NCBI GenBank assembly: GCA_951406725.2 | Contig: OX597833.1 | Location: forward strand, 36,580,001-36,644,000 | From: Octopus vulgaris | Lineage: Eukaryota | DNA: 64,000 bases | Direction of reading: 5' to 3' | In this document: positions 57,817 through 64,000 of the stretch, one piece after another | Position numbering within the stretch: the stretch's first letter is position 1 | How the letters are laid out: each line of letters begins with the position of its first letter | Position numbers and translations under genes: made by a program | The notes under the pieces: generated by a model | What the model saw: only the letters and a program-made list of their open reading frames with translations | The model's database searches: none | What the model was told of the DNA's origin: nothing

Positions 57817-58214
57817 CATATATAAATAAATAAATAAATACATATATATATTCATATATATATTATATATATATATTTATATATATATATATAATATATA
57901 TATGTATGTAAGTGTGTATGTATGTATGTATGTATGCATGTATGTATGTATGTATATATATATATGCATATATAAATGAATAAATACATATATATATTAT
58001 ATATATAGATATATATATAATATATAATATATATGTATGTATGTATGTATGTATGCATGTATGTATGTATGTATATATATATGCATATATAAATGCATAA
58101 ATACATATATATATTATATATATAGATATATATAATATATAATATATATGTATGTATGTATGTATGCATGTATGTATGTATATATATATGCTTATATAAA
58201 TAAATAAATACATA

Positions 58215-58225
<11 letters not shown>
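57817..58225. repeat. higher-order minisatellite built from microsatellites (~4 units, 105-150 bp)
   Basis: gcatatataaat..ataaatacatatatatatt recurs at ~57817, 57966, 58083, 58190. Confidence 0.75.
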
Positions 58226-58309
<84 letters not shown>

Positions 58310-58702
58310 CATGTATGTATGTATGTATGTATGTATGTATGTATGTATGTATGTATGTATATATGTATGTATGTATGTATGAATATGCATATGTATATAT
58401 ATATATGTATATGCATGTAAGTATTTGTGTATATGTGAGGTTTTGAAATGAAAAAAATGATTGTGACTTCGAAGCATGCTTGCTCACGTTCACCTGGCTG
58501 CCTGGTGTCGGCGACACCTTAACGATCGTGTTGAACATTTACAGGTAGAAGTACACCTGTCTGTACTTCAGTTTAATTCTTCACTTTCATATTAAATCAA
58601 TATAAGAACGAATGACATTCGATAGATAGATATATAAATACATTTATTGGTATATATATATATGTATGTGTGCATGTACATATGTGTGTGTATATTTGCT
58701 GG

Positions 58703-59023
58703 CAAATCGACCCCGGGACTTATTCTTTGTAAGCCCAGTACTTACTCCATCGGTCACTTTTGCCGAACCGCTAAGTGACGGGGACGTAAACACACCACCA
58801 TCGGTTGTCAAACAATGCTAGGGGGACAAACACAGACACACAAACACACACATATATATACGACGGGCTTCTTTCAGTTTCTGTCTACCAAATCCACTTA
58901 CAAGGCTTTGGTTGGGTCGAAGCTATAGTAGAAGACACTTGCCCAAGATGCCACGCAGTGGGACTGAACCCGGAACCATGTGGTTGGTAAACAAGCTACT
59001 TACCACACAGCCACTCCTGCGCC

Positions 59024-59105
<82 letters not shown>

Positions 59106-59282
59106 CACACAAATATATATATATACACACGTACACATATATTTGCATGCATGGTTGTATAGTAAGAAGCTTTTTTTCCCAACCACAAGGCTCTTAACTG
59201 AGTCCCACCTGGGTAAGTATCTTGTACTATAGCCTCGGGCAGACCATTGTCATTGGTAGACGGAAACTGAAAGAAGCCCGTC

Positions 59283-59321
<39 letters not shown>

Positions 59322-59540
59322 ATTGTTTTTGTCTTTATGTCTGTGTTTGTTCCCCACTCCACATCACTGCTTGACAACCGTGTTATTGTGCTTTCGTCCT
59401 CAGAGAATAAGTACTAGGATTAAAAAATAAGTCCTGGGGTCGATTTGTTCGACTTAAAAAAAAACACCCTTCAAAGCGCCGCTCCAGTATGCCCGCAGTC
59501 AAATGACTGAAACAAGTAGAAGAATGAAAAACCAAAGAAA

Positions 59541-59613
<73 letters not shown>

Positions 59614-60046
59614 TATCTGTGTGTCACTGTGTGTGTGAATGTATATTGTTTAATTCTTTTACTTGTTTCAAACATTTGACTGCAGCCATGCCAGATCACC
59701 GCCTTTAGTCGAACAAATCGACCCCATGGCTTATTCTTTGTAAGTCTAGTACTTATTCTAACGTTATTGTTTGCCGAACCGCTAAGTATCCGGGACGTAA
59801 ACACACCAACATTGGTTGTCAAGCGATGGTGAGGGGACAAATACAGATACACAAATACATACATACAGACATATATATACGACGGGCTTCTTTCAGTTTC
59901 TATCTACAAAAATCCACTGAGAAGGCTTCGGTCAGTCCGAGGCTATAGTAAAAGAGACTTGCCCAAGGTGCCACACAGGGTGGGTAGCTGAACTCTGAAT
60001 CATGCGGTTGGGAAGCAAGCTTCTTACAACGCAGCCACTCCTGTGC
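58703..60046. mobile_element. three adjacent SINE B copies: 58703-59024 (-), 59151-59530 (+), 59654-60046 (-)
   Basis: Homology to the 47477 copy. Confidence 0.88.
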
Positions 60047-60071
60047 TAATATATATACATACATACATACA

Positions 60072-60134
<63 letters not shown>

Positions 60135-60137
60135 ATA

Positions 60138-60305
60138 CTTTATTTAAAGTTTGCTAGCAAAAACTGTCCGACGAACGGGAACGTGAAACTCAGAGTAACA
60201 GGTTTTGTTGAATTTTCTGCTGCTTTAAATAAAGCATATTACTCTACCACTGGTATTTGAGTACTCTTTTTTCCACCTTGTTTCACATTTATGTGTTTAC
60301 TCCGG
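60138..60305 (+). mobile_element. PLE-like element family P1 with a 12-bp inverted 5' remnant
   Basis: CTTTATTTAAAG (60138-60149) is the reverse complement of 60223-60234; body matches 30740-30881 except at one base. Confidence 0.8.
60160..60206 (+). ncRNA. minimal type I hammerhead ribozyme motif (CCGACGA core)
   Basis: AAAACTGT-CCGACGA(60168-74)-ACG-GGAA-CGT-GAAA(60185-88)-CTCAGAG-TA(60197)-ACAGGTTTT. Confidence 0.7.
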
Positions 60306-60312
60306 TATATAT

Positions 60313-60407
<95 letters not shown>

Positions 60408-60569
60408 TATGTAGTATTACTTCAAATTACTAACATACTTCTCTAAACCTTATTTTGATTGGATACTTTAAGAAATAACAGAAGAAAATTCCTAATGGTC
60501 GCTATCGAGAAAACGTACTCTAAAGTTCTAAACAATCTTTTCCTTGCTATGTGTGTGTGTATGCATATA

Positions 60570-61395
60570 CTTTATTTGTTTCAGCCACCAGACATCAGCC
60601 TTGAAAACTTTATAAGTTCGACTGAATCTTTCCAGTGCTTTTTTAAAATCTGTTACGTATTCCATCGGTTTAATTAAACGTACTGCTACGTTACATTGAT
60701 TAAGAACACGCCCCCACCGTTTGTCAAGCGTGATGGGAGCAAACACACGCACACACACACACAAACACACACACACACACTTACAGTTTATATCTACTAA
60801 ATCCACTCACAAAGCCAGAAGATATGGCCGAAGACATTTGCCCAAGCTGCCATGAGTGGAACAGAACCCGGTGTCATGTGATTAGAAAGCAAACTCTTTA
60901 CCATACAACCACGCCTCCATGTATGTACATGTATAAGTATGTATGCATGTATGTATGTATGTACGTATGTGTCTATGTATGTATGTGTGTGTATGTATGT
61001 ATGTATGTATGTATGTATGTGTGTGTATGTATGCATGTATGTGTGTATGTATGTATGTATGTATGTATGTATGTATGTGTATGTATGTATGTATGTATGT
61101 ATGTATGTATGTGTGTGTATGTGTGTGTGTATGTATGTATGTATGTATGTATGTATGTATGTATGTATGTATGTGTGTGTGTATGCATGTATTCTTTTAT
61201 TGTTTTGTTTCAGTCATTTGACTGCGACCATCCTGGAGCACCAACTTAAAGGTTTTTTAGTCAAAGAAATTGACACCAGCATTTATTCTCTTTAAGCCTA
61301 GTACTTATACTATCGGGGTTCTTTCGCCGAACTGCTAAGTTAAGTGACATAAACAAACCAATATCGGTTGTCAAGTGATGGTGGGGGCACAACAC
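60570..61395 (-). mobile_element. two degenerate SINE B copies (60570-60918; 61190-61395)
   Basis: Homology to the 47477 copy. Confidence 0.7.
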
Positions 61396-61499
61396 ACACA
61401 CACACAAATATATTCATACAAGCATATGCATATATGTATGCATACATATATATGCAGGTGTGAAGATATGAAAGAATAATATATATATAATATATATAA

Positions 61500-61539
<40 letters not shown>

Positions 61540-61870
61540 CAATAAAGATTCAAGTTAATTTAAATGAATTACTTGAATATGGTACCTAACTTAGATGCAC
61601 CAAAAAAAACTATACTGATTTAACAATACAGTAATGTGGGGTATTATACGAGAATGAAGCAACAAGAATGGATAGGTTTTAGTACAATCGTTTCATACAA
61701 GGACAGGTTTTATTAAAGTTGCAAAGATTACAGCATATAAACGTGTCCCGTACTCATCTGATGAGTACGGGACACGTTTATATGCTGTAATCTTTGCAAC
61801 TTTTAATAAAACCTGTCCTTGTATGAAACGATTGTACTAAAACCTATCCATTCTTGTTGCTTCATTCTCG
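61540..61870. mobile_element. PLE-like terminus family P2 forming a ~220-bp palindrome with a hammerhead core
   Basis: 61649-61758 and 61760-61870 are inverted repeats (single indel); CTGATGA 61758-61764, GAAAC 61825-61829, GTA 61834-61836; (TA)n flanks. Confidence 0.7.
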
Positions 61871-62070
61871 CGTATATATATATATATATATAATGTATAT
61901 ATATATAATGTATATATATAATGTATATATATTTTATTTTGAGGACATACATACCTCTTAAAAGCGATGTTAACATCCAAGCTTCCCCAGTTTAAAACCT
62001 ATATATTGATGAAATACTCAGGAGTTCAGTATTACTTAATAGTATTGCTGTTTATTACTTAATAATATGA

Positions 62071-62116
62071 AGGCAGCGAGCTGGCAGAATTGTTAGCACA
62101 CCGGGTGAAATGCTTC
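62071..62116 (+). mobile_element. SINE A head fragment
   Basis: AGGCAGCGAGCTGGCAGAATTGTTAGCACACCGGGTGAAATGCTT. Confidence 0.75.
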
Positions 62117-62228
62117 ACATCTTAATTGATCGGATGATCAACAGGTTGTTGATGATTACCCGATTAATTAAGATGTGATTCATTTTGTGTCAATTCCTCA
62201 CCCTGTCCTGCACCCGAATTTTTTTTTT

Positions 62229-62908
62229 TCCACAAGAGTTCCGGACCCCAGTAATGAACCCATTTGCATATAGCCAATCAGAGCACACCTTGAAAATCCA
62301 TATACTGTGTACTACTACAGTACAGCCAGTCAGATATAGAATGGTGTATGTCACTCTCTGAGGACTGCATAGCAGGTCTCACATAAGCACCACATTCTCC
62401 TCCCTCTCACCATCCTCAATGATCAATTGAGCACCATCTCTATATGGAGCTATGCTCAGACTGAGATTAGTGATGCTGCATGTACCCATTGATATATGCT
62501 AGGAGGGCGCAATACAACACAACGCCATATTGATGACAATGTTTCCAGATCAACACCAACATTTTAAATTAGGAATGTACAAAATCTGTCAAAAAATTAG
62601 GAAACTACACTCATTTACATTTTCCAGTAAATTACGCAAATTGGTAACACTTATGGCATCATCGGTAAGCAGCTTTCCATTCACTTTATACACTAAATTT
62701 CACATTTGTCACTCCTATTAATCCGTTTAGATTTTGCTATAACATGCATTTTCCACTGAAGTCAACCAGAGTATTTTCGTGACTAGGTGGACACTAGTTT
62801 GATAGTTAAGCTCTGATTGACTGTATGCAAATGATTTCATAACTGGAGTCCGGAACTCTCGTGGGAAAAAATTAGCGCCCCTCACGTGAAATTTTTCTCC
62901 CACGAGAG
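62229..62908. mobile_element. unclassified non-autonomous element with ~56-bp inverted repeats and an extra terminal hairpin
   Basis: 62229-62284 versus the reverse complement of 62810-62866; CTCTCGTGGGA...TCCCACGAGAG hairpin at 62856-62908. Confidence 0.65.
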
Positions 62909-63057
62909 CTAGAATAAGTAGCAGATTTAAAAGTAATAATTACTGACATGGATTTTTTCAACAAAAACCCTACAGGGTAGAGCCCCAACATGGCCGCTGC
63001 CCAATGACTGAGAAAAAAAAGGATATATACGAGTGTAATGGGTGCGTGTGTATATGC

Positions 63058-63109
<52 letters not shown>

Positions 63110-63115
<6 letters not shown>

Positions 63116-63390
63116 CTGAAAATGTGTTTCTGTCCGTATGTGTGCATCACTAAAACTCGAGAACTACCAAACTGATTCCATTTAAACTTTACACATGCCT
63201 TATTTAGGGCCCATGCAGGGTCATGGGCTCAAAAAAAGTTTCAGCTTCTTGCCTAATGCGAATCAGGAGCAATCTCTTATCTCTTACACTATTTCATTAT
63301 TTCATGTCAAAAGGGGAACAATAACATCTATATTGTAATGTGAGATAATACTTTCAGTTTAATACTTTCACTATTAACACTGAAACTATT
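63110..63390 (+). mobile_element. non-autonomous Helitron-like 5' region
   Basis: (TA)n then ctgaaaatgtgtttctgtccgt...aaaactcgagaactaccaaactgattccatttaaacttt, resembling the AACTACTGAACCGATTT..AAATTT motif of non-autonomous Helitrons. Confidence 0.5.
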
Positions 63391-63404
63391 CTCTCACATA
63401 AATA

Positions 63405-63995
63405 CATGCATACAGACACAGACACACACATATATATAAATTCATACATGCATATAAATATACATAGATTTATATGTATATATAGATATAAGCATGTATG
63501 TATATGTATATATATATTTATGTATATTTACATATATATATATATATATATATTTATATTTATGTATATAAGAATGCATGTGTATATGTGCATATATATA
63601 TGTGTGTGTACGCATATATGTATATATATGTGTGTATTTAGAGATCTATATGTATATATATGTATATATATATGTATATGTATATATATATATATGTACA
63701 TATGTATATATATATATATGCTATATATATAAATATATTTGTATATATATATACGTTTATAGATGTATATACATATGTACGTATATATATGTATACATAT
63801 ATATGTATATATACATATATACATATATATATACATTTATGTATACATATATATATATATGCATATATGCATATATAAATGAATATATACATGTATATAT
63901 ATATGCATATATACACATATATATACGTATATATACGTATATGTATGCATATATACATACATATGTGTGTGTGTACATATATATATATCTGCATA
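63405..63995. repeat. degenerate (TA)n/(TATG)n low-complexity tract
   Basis: Directly visible. Confidence 0.9.
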
Positions 63996-64000
63996 TAAGG

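Overview
Eukaryotic, AT-rich, repeat-saturated non-coding DNA. The SINE families and microsatellite load point to an octopus (coleoid cephalopod) genome, probably intronic or intergenic; this is an inference. I could not support any host protein-coding exon, and almost every ORF in the track is a translation of (TA)n, (TG)n, (TAGA)n, (TATG)n or trinucleotide repeats. Recognisable DNA transposon content: one full-length but dead mariner (7737-8990), a Helitron helicase remnant, two Chapaev3-like transposase fragments and several MITEs. Recognisable retroelement content: LINE fragments (RTE-type with an 11-bp TSD, CR1 3' end, AP-endonuclease piece, R4/Dong-like relic) and more than 30 SINE copies or fragments from about 5 families. 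The most interesting signal is a set of short, non-coding, (TA)n-embedded Penelope-like termini with inverted pseudo-LTR structure that carry minimal type I hammerhead ribozyme motifs. One family (3 loci, 4 motifs) has an atypical CCGACGA core; a second family forms a ~220-bp near-perfect palindrome centred on a CTGATGA core.
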